Shown in pieces: positions 37,709-47,403 of a DNA stretch of 64,000 nt; positions within the stretch are counted from its first letter, which is position 1, and every line of letters begins with the position of its first letter. The notes under the pieces are model-generated. The model had not been told where the DNA came from. It was given only the letters and a program-made list of their open reading frames with translations, and made no database searches. Source of the DNA: Candidatus Latescibacterota bacterium (lineage in GTDB: Bacteria > Latescibacterota > UBA2968 > UBA8231). The stretch covers positions 832,001 to 896,000 of the forward strand of contig OY730476.1 in NCBI GenBank assembly GCA_963422735.1. Reading direction: 5' to 3'. Position numbers and translations under genes: made by a program.

Positions 37709-38625
37709 TAGTTGATGCCATCAAGAGCCAGCCGCCACATGGGCGTACTCATGTACTTGTCGCCGCCATCGCAAAATATCGTCACCACCACCCCCGTGTA
37801 TAGCTGACGAGCAACTTCCAGCGCGGCCCAATAGGCCCCGCCCGCAGACTGGCCAACAAGAATCCCCTGTTCGACCGGTAGACGCAGTGCTGTATCGTAA
37901 GCATCATCGGTATCTATCGGTATTTTGTGGTCGAGGAGGGTCTCGTCGTAGATGCCCGGGACAATTGAACTCTCCATGTGCTTAAGGCCCTCAATGCCGT
38001 GAAACGGCTCGGCCGGCTCAGCGGCAATGATCTGGATGGTCGGATTGAGCTCCCTAAGACCTCGGCCGGTGCCCATCAGCGTACCGCTAGTTCCGATGGT
38101 GGCGACAAAATGAGTGACACGGCCCTGGGTCTGCTCCCAGATTTCGGGCGCAGTAGTGTCGCGATGGGCATGCCAATTCGCGGGATTGTTGTATTGGTCG
38201 GGCTTGAAGTAGCGATAGGGATCGGCTTCGTATATCTGCCGCGCTTTCCGTATGGCTCCATCGGAAAGATCCCCTGGGTCGGTGTACACCACTTCGGCAC
38301 CATAGGCGGCAAGGATGGCCTTGCGCTCGCGGCTGACATTAGCCGGCATGGCCAATTTTACCCGATAGCCCTTAGCCGCACCGATCATCGCGTAGGCAAT
38401 GCCGGTATTTCCAGAAGTGGAATCCAAAATGACCTTGCCCGGCCTTAGTGAGCCGTTCTGCTCGCCGTCCTCGATCATCCTCCGCGCCGGCCGGTCTTTG
38501 ACCGACCCCCCGGGGTTGAAGAACTCCAGCTTAGCATAGACTTCCACCCGCGGCGGAATCTCCGGATCTCTCAGCCGCAAAAGCGGCGTATCGCCAATCT
38601 GTTCGACGACTGATAGGCCAGCCAC
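37708..38625 (-). CDS. cysM: Cysteine synthase B/CysM-like PLP enzyme
   Basis: NPGGSVKDRPA, STSGNTG, DQYNNPANW.AH, GTSGTLMG, IEGLKH, DKY; GTG start after AAGGGGAG. Confidence 0.8.
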   Translation of the reverse strand: MAGLSVVEQIGDTPLLRLRDPEIPPRVEVYAKLEFFNPGGSVKDRPARRMIEDGEQNGSLRPGKVILDSTSGNTGIAYAMIGAAKGYRVKLAMPANVSRERKAILAAYGAEVVYTDPGDLSDGAIRKARQIYEADPYRYFKPDQYNNPANWHAHRDTTAPEIWEQTQGRVTHFVATIGTSGTLMGTGRGLRELNPTIQIIAAEPAEPFHGIEGLKHMESSIVPGIYDETLLDHKIPIDTDDAYDTALRLPVEQGILVGQSAGGAYWAALEVARQLYTGVVVTIFCDGGDKYMSTPMWRLALDGIN

Positions 38626-38689
38626 AAAAATCTCCCCTTCACGATTAAAAGAACCAAAAACCACCATGTCAACCAACCCCGCCCCTTTC

Positions 38690-38718
38690 TTGACACCCTC
38701 CAAGCTACCTTCTACCTT
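38690..38718 (+). promoter_or_regulatory. Putative promoter for aspS
   Basis: TTGACA-17 nt-TACCTT. Confidence 0.5.
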
Positions 38719-38764
38719 ATCTTTTTCCCACCTGCGATCCAACCTTACTGTTTAGGTGTAACTT

Positions 38765-40549
38765 ATGGAAGAACCGAGCGAAGGCTTGGGCCACTGGGAG
38801 CGCACGCACGACTGCGGCACTCTCACAGATAAAGACATCGGTCAGCGCGTCCTGCTGATGGGCTGGGTCTGGCGCCGCCGCGACCACGGCGGCGTTATTT
38901 TTATAGACCTCCGCGACCGCTACGGCATTACCCAAATCGTCTTCAACCCACAGCGCGACCCCATCTCCTATCAACAGGCCGACCGCTTGCGTAGCGAGTA
39001 CGTCATCGCCGTACAAGGCGAAGTCGAGGCCCGCCCCGAAGGCATGATCAACCCCCAGTTGCCCACCGGGACCATTGAGGTCAACTGCGATCAGCTACGT
39101 GTCCTCAACCGCTGTCTGACCCCGCCTTTTCTCATCGAAGACCAAACCGATGCCGGCGAGGAAATCCGTCTCAAGTATCGCTACTTGGACCTTCGGCGAC
39201 CCCGTATTCAAGGCAATTTGCTACTCAGGCACCGGGGTTACCAGATCGTGCGTCGCCTGCTCGACGAGCGCAGCTTTATCGAAGTTGAAACACCGTTTCT
39301 GACCAAGAGCACTCCCGAAGGGGCCCGAGACTACCTCGTCCCCAGCCGAGTCCATCCCGGGCAGTTTTTCGCCCTGCCCCAATCGCCTCAAACTTACAAA
39401 CAGCTCTTGATGATCGCGGGCTATGACCGCTACTTCCAGATCGTTAAGTGCTTCCGCGACGAGGATTTGCGCGCCGACCGCCAGCCCGAATTCACTCAAA
39501 TCGACATCGAGATGGCCTTCGTGCGCGAGGATCACGTCATGGCCATTGCCGAGGATCTAACCCGCGCCCTCTTCGCTCAGCTACGCCAAATCGAGTTACC
39601 CAATCCCTTTCCACGACTCACTTATCGCGAAGCCATAGAGCGCTTCGGATCCGACAAACCCGACCTGCGCTTTGGCTTAGAACTTAAAGATGTAGCGGCA
39701 GCAGGGCGCACTTCTCAATTCCAAGTCTTTCATTCCGCTCTCGAGAGTGGTGGTCAGGTCAAAGGCTTAAATGTCAAAGGCTGCAGTGGGTTCTCGCGCG
39801 GACAAATCGACGATTTAATTGCCTTCGCCCAAGGGCTGGGTGCCAAGGGACTCAGTTGGATCAAACACACCGACGCTGGCCTCGAATCCTCCATCGTCAA
39901 ATTCTTCCCCCAAGCGGCTCAAACCCTGTTGATCGAGGCCCTCGAATCCGCTCCTGGCGACCTACTGCTCTTTGTCGCCGATCAGCCCAAGCTGGTTGCC
40001 CGGGTACTCGGAGCACTGCGTTTGGAGCTCGCCCAGCGCCTCTCACTAGTGTCCGATGATTCTTGGCAGCCCCTCTGGGTCAGCCAGTTCCCACTTCTAG
40101 AGCGCGACGAGGAAGTCGGCCGTTTTACAGCCGTGCATCATCCCTTCACAGCCCCCCTAGAAGAGGACCTCTCCCTGCTGGATAGCACTCCCGCCGACGC
40201 TAGGGCGCGGGCCTATGACTTGGTCCTCAATGGCAATGAGATTGCCGGGGGCAGTATGCGAATTTTCCAGCGCTCAGTACAATCCCGCCTTTTTCAACTC
40301 TTAGAAATCAGCACCGAAGAAGCCGCGGCCAAATTCGGTTTCCTCCTCGAAGCCCTCGATTACGGGGCCCCACCACACGGCGGGATTGCCTTTGGCTTTG
40401 ACCGGCTGATTGCCCTGCTCACCAACGCAGATTCAATCCGAGAAGTCATCGCTTTCCCCAAGACCAATAAGGCAGTAGGCTTGATGGAAAACGCCCCTTC
40501 TTCCGTCGATTTGGGCCAGTTGCACGAATTGGGGATTCGGCCTGCCTGA
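38765..40549 (+). CDS. aspS: Aspartate--tRNA ligase
   Basis: RRDHGGVIFIDLRD, STPEGARDYLVPSR, FRDEDLRADRQPEFTQID, PPHGGIAFGFDR. Confidence 0.97.
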   Translation: MEEPSEGLGHWERTHDCGTLTDKDIGQRVLLMGWVWRRRDHGGVIFIDLRDRYGITQIVFNPQRDPISYQQADRLRSEYVIAVQGEVEARPEGMINPQLPTGTIEVNCDQLRVLNRCLTPPFLIEDQTDAGEEIRLKYRYLDLRRPRIQGNLLLRHRGYQIVRRLLDERSFIEVETPFLTKSTPEGARDYLVPSRVHPGQFFALPQSPQTYKQLLMIAGYDRYFQIVKCFRDEDLRADRQPEFTQIDIEMAFVREDHVMAIAEDLTRALFAQLRQIELPNPFPRLTYREAIERFGSDKPDLRFGLELKDVAAAGRTSQFQVFHSALESGGQVKGLNVKGCSGFSRGQIDDLIAFAQGLGAKGLSWIKHTDAGLESSIVKFFPQAAQTLLIEALESAPGDLLLFVADQPKLVARVLGALRLELAQRLSLVSDDSWQPLWVSQFPLLERDEEVGRFTAVHHPFTAPLEEDLSLLDSTPADARARAYDLVLNGNEIAGGSMRIFQRSVQSRLFQLLEISTEEAAAKFGFLLEALDYGAPPHGGIAFGFDRLIALLTNADSIREVIAFPKTNKAVGLMENAPSSVDLGQLHELGIRPA

Positions 40550-40585
40550 AAACTTATAGGCAGGGTAGATTTTCACTTGTTCTGC

Positions 40586-40613
40586 TTGACATCCACTATA
40601 GGTCGCCTATATT
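40586..40613 (+). promoter_or_regulatory. Putative promoter for the lipoprotein/LysM operon
   Basis: TTGACA-16 nt-TATATT. Confidence 0.45.
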
Positions 40614-40690
40614 TGTGCCAATATCCCGTATATTCTATATATTCTAACGATCACTGTTTGATCCTTAAGCCTAGGTGGAGGAATTATTTA

Positions 40691-40975
40691 ATGAGCGGTC
40701 TTTCCACTTTTTCCAATTTGAGATACTTAGGCGTCGCCTTGTCGGTAGTGGCTTTGTCTCTCGTCGCTAGCTGTTCGCGCGTTCCGTCGCAGGAGGACAT
40801 GGAATACCTAGAACAACAGCGGCAAGCCACTCTGGCCGCCGAAGTAAAAGTAACCGAGCTACAGGCCGAAAAAGCACAGCTCGAGCGCGAACTCGCCGAG
40901 CGGCAAGTCACCAAAAAAGCACTTGAAGACAAATTAGCCGCTACTAAAAACAACCTCGCCAACCAAGCTAAATGA
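40691..40975 (+). CDS. Small coiled-coil lipoprotein
   Basis: GGAGG RBS, lipobox LVASC, heptad-rich C-terminus. Confidence 0.75.
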   Translation: MSGLSTFSNLRYLGVALSVVALSLVASCSRVPSQEDMEYLEQQRQATLAAEVKVTELQAEKAQLERELAERQVTKKALEDKLAATKNNLANQAK

Positions 40976-40989
40976 GAAAGGGTTCGACC

Positions 40990-41820
40990 ATGAAGAAGTT
41001 GTCCGTTGGTGGGTTGGCCTTAGCACTGCTAGTCCTAGCGAGCGAAAACACTGCTGCTCAAGAGCAGAAGATGACCTGTGAGGAGTACATGGCTCTGGGG
41101 AACGAGCTCGTCAACCGTGAGGCCGCGGCCAACACCCAAATCGAAGAGCTAAACGCCCAGATTGAAGCACTTAATATGCAGATTGCCCAGCTCGACCGGG
41201 CCAACGTTGACCTCAATGCTCAGATCCTCGCGGCAGTAGGCGATTCCGAATCCGAAATCGCGGCCTTTGGGCGCGAGCTCGACGCTATTATCGCCCAGAT
41301 CGAAGGCCTGATGGTACTAGCTCCAGAAGTACTCATTATGCGGCGCGGTGAAGTCACGACCATCGACTCCCGAGTCGCCGAGCTCAAGCGGAGCAATATG
41401 GCCGCCCTGCCCGAAATGGTGGACAAGCTATCTACCATTGGCCAGATGCTCGCCGAGCTCAAAGCGCGCATAGCTCAACCCGTGGTCATTGACTACAAAG
41501 TCGTGCGGGGCGACAACATGTGGAACATCTCTAAAAAAGAACAAATCTACGACGATCCCTATATGTGGCCCCGCATCTACCGGAAGAACAAGGATCAAAT
41601 CAAAGACCCGGATTTAATCTACCCCAACCAAGTCTTGGCCGTGCCGTTCGGGGTAGCCGAAAATCAGTACTTGGTCACCCGAGGCGACTTCCTCTTCAAA
41701 ATTGCCGCCGAGCTTTACAACAATGCCGGCAAATGGCATAAAATCTACGAGGCCAACAAGCAGCAAATCGTCGCGCCAGATTTGATTTTTCCTGCTCAAG
41801 TCCTCGAAATTCCCCAGTAA
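40990..41820 (+). CDS. Secreted coiled-coil protein with two C-terminal LysM domains
   Basis: YKVVRGDNMWNIS...WPRIY..N...I.DPDLIYPNQVL and YLVTRGDFLFKIA...WHKIYEAN...PDLIFPAQVL. Confidence 0.9.
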   Translation: MKKLSVGGLALALLVLASENTAAQEQKMTCEEYMALGNELVNREAAANTQIEELNAQIEALNMQIAQLDRANVDLNAQILAAVGDSESEIAAFGRELDAIIAQIEGLMVLAPEVLIMRRGEVTTIDSRVAELKRSNMAALPEMVDKLSTIGQMLAELKARIAQPVVIDYKVVRGDNMWNISKKEQIYDDPYMWPRIYRKNKDQIKDPDLIYPNQVLAVPFGVAENQYLVTRGDFLFKIAAELYNNAGKWHKIYEANKQQIVAPDLIFPAQVLEIPQ

Positions 41821-41855
41821 TTACAACTACTTGATTTAAATAAATTTCAAGACTT

Positions 41856-41907
41856 AAAGGGGTTTGATCTTTCCCGGGCTTAAGGGAGGGATTTCAAACC
41901 CCTTTTT
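41856..41907 (+). terminator. Intrinsic terminator-like hairpin after the LysM gene
   Basis: AAAGGGGTTTGA...TCAAACCCCTTT followed by T-rich sequence. Confidence 0.65.
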
Positions 41908-41932
41908 GTATTTTTGTCCAGCTACCAAGGCT

Positions 41933-42889
41933 ATGAAGGACATTTCCATCGCCGGCATCGATCGCCGATCCCTCTTCGGGCGCAACGATCAACACTTGGC
42001 TCATCTCGAAAAGAGATACGGCATTCGCCTAGTCGCCCGCGGCGACAAGCTCACGCTTAAAGGATCCGACACTTCGGTGCGCGAGGCCGATGGTTTCCTC
42101 AGTCACCTCATAAAACGCATGCGCCACGGCCCGCCCCTCGAAGCAGCCGAGCTAGAGAACTTGATTCACTGTAGTCCGACCCTACCCAAGGGAGATCACA
42201 GCACCCTCCCAAACCCCGTAGCCCATACCTATAAGACGGCCATCTACGCCCGCACCGAAGGCCAAGCGAAATATCTCGCCGCTATCGACAACAACGACGT
42301 GGTCTTCAGTATCGGCCCAGCCGGCACCGGTAAGACGTACATAGCGGTGGCCATGGCCGTTGCCGCGCTGCGGCAAAAGCAAATCTCTCGCATCCTGCTC
42401 GCCCGACCCGCTGTCGAAGCCGGAGAGAAGCTCGGTTTTTTGCCCGGCTCTTTTGAGGACAAGGTTGACCCCTACTTGCGCCCGCTCTACGACGCGCTAC
42501 AAGATCTCATGGAACCCGAGCGACTGCGGCGGATGCAGGACATGAAAATTATCGAAGTCGTGCCGCTGGCCTACATGCGCGGCCGCACCCTCAACGATTC
42601 GTTTATTATCCTCGACGAAGCCCAAAATACTACACCACAACAGATGAAGATGTTTCTCACCCGGCTGGGCAGCCACTCAAAGGCTGTAGTTACCGGCGAT
42701 GTTACTCAGACCGACCTCAGCGATGACCAGCCCTCGGGCTTGGTCGTCGCGCCCAAAATTCTGACTAGGATCGCCGGCTTGGCCTTTGTTCGGCTCAACG
42801 AACGGGATGTGGTACGCAATCGGCTCGTGCAGAAGATCATCAAAGCCTACGACAGCTATGAGGAAGCCCACGCCTCGGCCGATCCATGA
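41933..42889 (+). CDS. phoH: PhoH family ATPase (YbeZ-like)
   Basis: GPAGTGKT, RPAVEAGEKLGFLPG, YMRGRTL, DEAQN, TGD..Q.D. Confidence 0.93.
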   Translation: MKDISIAGIDRRSLFGRNDQHLAHLEKRYGIRLVARGDKLTLKGSDTSVREADGFLSHLIKRMRHGPPLEAAELENLIHCSPTLPKGDHSTLPNPVAHTYKTAIYARTEGQAKYLAAIDNNDVVFSIGPAGTGKTYIAVAMAVAALRQKQISRILLARPAVEAGEKLGFLPGSFEDKVDPYLRPLYDALQDLMEPERLRRMQDMKIIEVVPLAYMRGRTLNDSFIILDEAQNTTPQQMKMFLTRLGSHSKAVVTGDVTQTDLSDDQPSGLVVAPKILTRIAGLAFVRLNERDVVRNRLVQKIIKAYDSYEEAHASADP

Positions 42890-45126
42890 ACGCGCTTAAA
42901 TTAAAGTGGTTTGGCTCCAAACGCCGCAGCAATCAGCCCAGACCTTGGCACCTGCATAGCTCGTGGGTGTTCCGCATCGCTTTGGCCGGCCTAGCTATCG
43001 GCCTGCTCACCTACCTATCGCCCTACCAGCGTCCCTACAATGTCGCCCAGCTACGCGTCGGCAGCGTCTCTCAAGAGCGCATCGAGGCTCCTTTTCTCTT
43101 TCGCGTACCTAAAAGCGATGCCGAATTGGAGCGTGAACGCCAAGCTGAGACTGCCGAGATTCCCACCATCTTGCGCCGCGGTCCCCTAATTCAAGAGCGG
43201 CAGCTAGCCCAGCTAGACTCGGTCTTTGCGGTGATGATCCCAAGAATCCGGGTCCAGATGGCCGACTCGCTCAAGCGACGCGAACTCCAACGCGCCCTAC
43301 CTCGAGTCATTGGTTTGCTCTCGCTCGATGCCCTTTCGACCCTCATCAACGTTCTCTCCACGGCCAGCGAACCTTATGTACACGATTTCCAAGCTATCTG
43401 TCGGCAGATTCTGGCCAGTTACTATGCCGCGGGCATCATCGCCTCCAAACAACCGATTCTCCTAAGCCCCTCGCCCCAAGTCCGCCTCGACGACCGGGAA
43501 CAGCACATAGAAACCCTCTATAGCGAAGAAAAGCTCAAACAAGGCGAATTGATCTCGCGCCTCCAAACTTATCACACGATCGCCGACCGCGACGCGGTCC
43601 AAGCCGTACACGAACTCCTGAGCCTCTTTGTGGTCCCCAATCTGACCATTGACGAGCCAGAAACCGCCCGCCTCAGGAACGCGGCGCGGCGCGGCGTGGC
43701 CAGCATCAAGCGGATCTATGCCCAAGACGACCTCATAGTCAACAAGCACGCCACCGTCACTGCAGAGCATGTCGACGCACTCGACGCACTGGCCGCCCGC
43801 ATCGCCCAAGAGCAATCTCAACATCCTATCAAGCGCCTAATCCAAGTGGCTGCGGCCGCGACGATCTCCGGACTCCTAATCTTCGTCTTCGGCTACTTTC
43901 TCGCCACGCACGAACGCGCTGTTTTTGACCAGCCCGGCCAGCTCATCCTCCTAGCTATCCTGACCGTTGCCATAGCCGCCGCGGCCTCCTATATCAAAAC
44001 GCACGACCTCTCCCCCTATTGGGTGCCGATCCCCCTCGCCGCCATGCTAGTGACGATCCTGCTAACGCCACAAATTGGCTTGGTGCTCTCGTTTGTGCTC
44101 GCACTCTTTGTCGGCAACCTCTTTGCCGACTTCTACGTAGCCATAATCTGCGCTCTAACGGCGGCCATAGCCGTCTATGCGGTGCGGCACGTGCGCCACC
44201 GCAATCAGTTCTATCGCCCCATGATCTTCCTGCCGATATCTTATGCACTGCTCATCGCGGCGGCGGACCTGTTGCGCTTCTTCCCGGTCGAACAGATATA
44301 CGCTCACATCCTGCCCGGAATCGTCATCGGCGTGGCAGCCCCCATCCTCACCATCGGCCTGCTACCGATCTTTGAAAGCTTCTTTCACATCACCACGGAT
44401 ATAACCCTGCTGGAACTGTCGGATCCCAACCGGACCTTGCTCCGCCAATTGGCTATCCGGGCACCGGGGACCTATACTCACAGCCTGATTATGGCCAACC
44501 TCTCCGAGAGTGCCGCCGAGGCCATTGCCGCCAACCCGCTTTTGGCCCGCGTCGGCTGCTATTACCACGATATCGGCAAGGTGAGCAAGCCTGAGTACTT
44601 CAGCGAAAATCAGGGGTTGCAAGGCGGGCGCAACCCCCACGATAATCTGATGCCCTACCTAAGCATGCTCATCATAGCCTCGCACATCCGCGAGGGGCTC
44701 GAGTTGGCCGAGGAACACGGCCTTCCTCAATCCATCTGCGACCTGATCTCCCAGCACCACGGCACTACCGTCATCGAGTACTTTTACGAGCGTGCCGTGG
44801 AATTGGGCGACCGGAGTGTGCGAGAAGAAGATTTCAGGTACAACGGTCCCAAGCCCCAGACCAAAGAGGCCGGCATCCTGATGTTGGCCGACTCGGTCGA
44901 AGCGGCAGCCCGCACCCTCGCCGAACGCACACCCAGCCGGATGCGCCAGCTAGTGCATAAAATTATCCAGCAGAAATTCACCACTGGCGAACTCGACGAG
45001 TGCGCTCTGACTCTGCGGGATTTGCTCAAAATAGAGGACAGCTTCATCCGAGTGCTGATGGGCGTCCTACACAGTCGGATGGAATACCCTTGGCAGAAGG
45101 CCAATCGCAAATGGCAGACCGTCTAG
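42886..45126 (+). CDS. 7TM-HD family phosphohydrolase (PgpH-like cyclic-di-AMP phosphodiesterase)
   Basis: Large extracellular domain, multi-TM region, APGTYTHS, YYHDIGK, HHGTT, MLADSVEAA. Confidence 0.9.
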   Translation: MNALKLKWFGSKRRSNQPRPWHLHSSWVFRIALAGLAIGLLTYLSPYQRPYNVAQLRVGSVSQERIEAPFLFRVPKSDAELERERQAETAEIPTILRRGPLIQERQLAQLDSVFAVMIPRIRVQMADSLKRRELQRALPRVIGLLSLDALSTLINVLSTASEPYVHDFQAICRQILASYYAAGIIASKQPILLSPSPQVRLDDREQHIETLYSEEKLKQGELISRLQTYHTIADRDAVQAVHELLSLFVVPNLTIDEPETARLRNAARRGVASIKRIYAQDDLIVNKHATVTAEHVDALDALAARIAQEQSQHPIKRLIQVAAAATISGLLIFVFGYFLATHERAVFDQPGQLILLAILTVAIAAAASYIKTHDLSPYWVPIPLAAMLVTILLTPQIGLVLSFVLALFVGNLFADFYVAIICALTAAIAVYAVRHVRHRNQFYRPMIFLPISYALLIAAADLLRFFPVEQIYAHILPGIVIGVAAPILTIGLLPIFESFFHITTDITLLELSDPNRTLLRQLAIRAPGTYTHSLIMANLSESAAEAIAANPLLARVGCYYHDIGKVSKPEYFSENQGLQGGRNPHDNLMPYLSMLIIASHIREGLELAEEHGLPQSICDLISQHHGTTVIEYFYERAVELGDRSVREEDFRYNGPKPQTKEAGILMLADSVEAAARTLAERTPSRMRQLVHKIIQQKFTTGELDECALTLRDLLKIEDSFIRVLMGVLHSRMEYPWQKANRKWQTV

Positions 45127-45563
45127 ATAGGCCCCTTCACATAGTCCAAGACGCGGGCCTCGCCCCCCTGCATGCAGACGTGCTCGCTGCCCTGCACCAG
45201 ATCGCCGCGCAAGTCGCCTACACCCACGTGCTGCCGGACGCGGTTCAGCTAGTCCTCATCAACGACGACTACATGAGCGACCTCAACACCACCTATCGCA
45301 GCAAGGAGGGCACGACGGACGTCTTGTCTTTCGACTTAGGTACCATACCTAGTCAGGACAGTAGCGGTGAAGTGTACATTTCTCTACCCCAAGCGCAGCG
45401 ACAAGCCGCCGCGCTCAGCGTCCCTCCCTTAGTGGAGCTAGCCCGCCTGTTGGTACACGGGCTACTTCACCTAGCGGGTTGGATGCACAATACGCCCGAG
45501 CAACTAGCTGCTATGGAACGCGAAACAGACCACTTCCTTACCACAGCCTCCCTCTCTCTCTAA
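45111..45563 (+). CDS. ybeY: rRNA maturation RNase YbeY
   Basis: LN..YR.K...TDVLSF, GEVYIS, HGLLHLAG..H. Confidence 0.92.
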   Translation: MADRLDRPLHIVQDAGLAPLHADVLAALHQIAAQVAYTHVLPDAVQLVLINDDYMSDLNTTYRSKEGTTDVLSFDLGTIPSQDSSGEVYISLPQAQRQAAALSVPPLVELARLLVHGLLHLAGWMHNTPEQLAAMERETDHFLTTASLSL

Positions 45564-45600
45564 GCGGCCTTGGCCGGCCGCTTAACTGAAAGGAGCCTTT

Positions 45601-46911
45601 TTGGACTTATCCTCCGCCGCGTACGCCGCATTGGTCGGCGCGATCAGCCTCGCCTGGCTCTTCTTGGTAGCCAGCTATGAGACTGCCTTTGCCATTCTCT
45701 CCAAATCCGTGCTGGAGAAACTGGCCGAAAGCGGCGTATCGCATGCGCGTGCTATGCTCCGCATCTACGAGCCGCGCCTGCGCCTGCGCCTGATGACCCG
45801 CCTCGGCGAGGCCATCGGCGTCACCGTCCTCGCATTCTCCCTGTTCTTTCTCGCGGATGCCATCCTATTACCGTACGCCCTTCCGAGCTATCTCCCTGCG
45901 GCAACAGCTTTATTGGGTGCGTTAGGGCTTTTCATGATCGTGGCGACACCCCGCCGCATTCGCTTTGACGAAGAAGGCGACGAAGCACGTATACCCTTCG
46001 TCGCCTTGGCCTATGCGCCGGTACACGCGCTGCTCCTTCCTCTGACCAACCTCCTCGAACTCCTCAGCAGCTTTGATTACAGCGACGAGGACTTTCGCGC
46101 TGAAAAGGAAGAGGAACTGCGCAGCATCGTCGAGTCAGAAGGCGAGTCTGGCGTACTCGAGGAAGGCGAGCGCGAGATGATTGAGAGCGTCTTTGGCTTC
46201 CACGACCGCATCGTCCGCGAAGTCATGGTCCCTCGCGTCGACATGGTCGCCATCGACCAATCGGCCTCTCTGCAAGACTTGCTCAATCTCATTAGGGACA
46301 AGGGCCACTCGCGTCTGCCCATCTACCGGGAAAGCCTCGACCACATCCAAGGGCTAGTATACGCCAAAGATCTGCTGCAGATCTTGGTGTCCCGGCCCGA
46401 AGTCAATCTAGCGACGCCCATAGACCAACTACTGACCAGCCAAGAGGGCGATCTGAGTTTTACCCACGAGCCTTATTACATCCCTGAGACCAAGAAAATC
46501 GACGTCCTGCTCAATGACCTGAGAGCCAACAAAATTCGCCTCGCCATCGTCCTCGACGAATACGGCGGCACGGCTGGCTTAGTCACCACCGAGGACCTCG
46601 TCGAGGAAATCGTCGGGGAAATCCAAGATGAGTACGACGAGGAAGAGGAGTTGCACCACTGGCAGGTTCCCGGCGAAATACTCATCGCCAATGCCCGCAT
46701 CGACATAGGCGATCTCAACGAGTTGCTTTCCACCGATCTGCCGAGGGCGGGCTTTGAAACCCTCGGGGGATTTATATACGACCACTTGGGGAGCATCCCC
46801 GCGGAAGGCTTGGTCTTCAAGGTCGATCATCTAGAGCTCGATATCCTCAAGGTCGAGGGTCAGCGCATCGCCCAAGTCAAACTCCGGCGCTTGACCCCCG
46901 TCGGCGATTGA
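45601..46911 (+). CDS. Hemolysin/CorC (CNNM-CBS-CorC) family protein
   Basis: N-terminal TMs, VREVMVPR, HSRLPIY, AIVLDEYGGTAGLVT.EDLVEEIVGEIQDEYD, TLGGF. Confidence 0.92.
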   Translation: MDLSSAAYAALVGAISLAWLFLVASYETAFAILSKSVLEKLAESGVSHARAMLRIYEPRLRLRLMTRLGEAIGVTVLAFSLFFLADAILLPYALPSYLPAATALLGALGLFMIVATPRRIRFDEEGDEARIPFVALAYAPVHALLLPLTNLLELLSSFDYSDEDFRAEKEEELRSIVESEGESGVLEEGEREMIESVFGFHDRIVREVMVPRVDMVAIDQSASLQDLLNLIRDKGHSRLPIYRESLDHIQGLVYAKDLLQILVSRPEVNLATPIDQLLTSQEGDLSFTHEPYYIPETKKIDVLLNDLRANKIRLAIVLDEYGGTAGLVTTEDLVEEIVGEIQDEYDEEEELHHWQVPGEILIANARIDIGDLNELLSTDLPRAGFETLGGFIYDHLGSIPAEGLVFKVDHLELDILKVEGQRIAQVKLRRLTPVGD

Positions 46912-46961
46912 GAGGGTTGCGCCAGACTGCCCCATCCTTTAGATTATTACCAATAGCTTGT

Positions 46962-47038
<77 letters not shown>

Positions 47039-47044
47039 TCTTTT

Positions 47045-47075
47045 CAGGGAGTCGCTCGCGGCTTCCTGATTTTCT
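47045..47075 (+). terminator. Terminator-like hairpin after tRNA-fMet
   Basis: TCAGGGAGTCGC-TC-GCGGCTTCCTGA-TTTTCT. Confidence 0.6.
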
Positions 47076-47402
47076 ATGCCTATCTACAATAAGGTTCCCG
47101 ACAATCCCACCTCTGCTCCGGCCGAGCGCATCCGCCTCGACGAGCGCTTTGTATCCTTGCTCGTCGCCGAAGACGCCCAAGATCGCCTCGAAGCCCAAGA
47201 GCTACGCCAGCTCGTCCACCGCGCCCTCCAAGCCCTTTCCGACGACGAGATGCGCGTCATTCAGCTCCGCTATCAGTACAAAAAATCGCCCGGCCAAGTC
47301 GCGGCGCGCATGGGCCTTTCTCGCAATGCGATGGCTGCGCTCGAGCAGAGCGGGTTAGCAAAATTGCGCCAAGGCCTCGAGGATTGGCATCGAGGCGTCT
47401 GA
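47076..47402 (+). CDS. Small sigma70 region-4 (HTH) domain protein
   Basis: ALQALSDDEMRVIQLRY...S..QVAARMGLSR......E.SGLAKLR matches sigma region 4; no region 2. Confidence 0.7.
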   Translation: MPIYNKVPDNPTSAPAERIRLDERFVSLLVAEDAQDRLEAQELRQLVHRALQALSDDEMRVIQLRYQYKKSPGQVAARMGLSRNAMAALEQSGLAKLRQGLEDWHRGV

Positions 47403-47403
47403 A

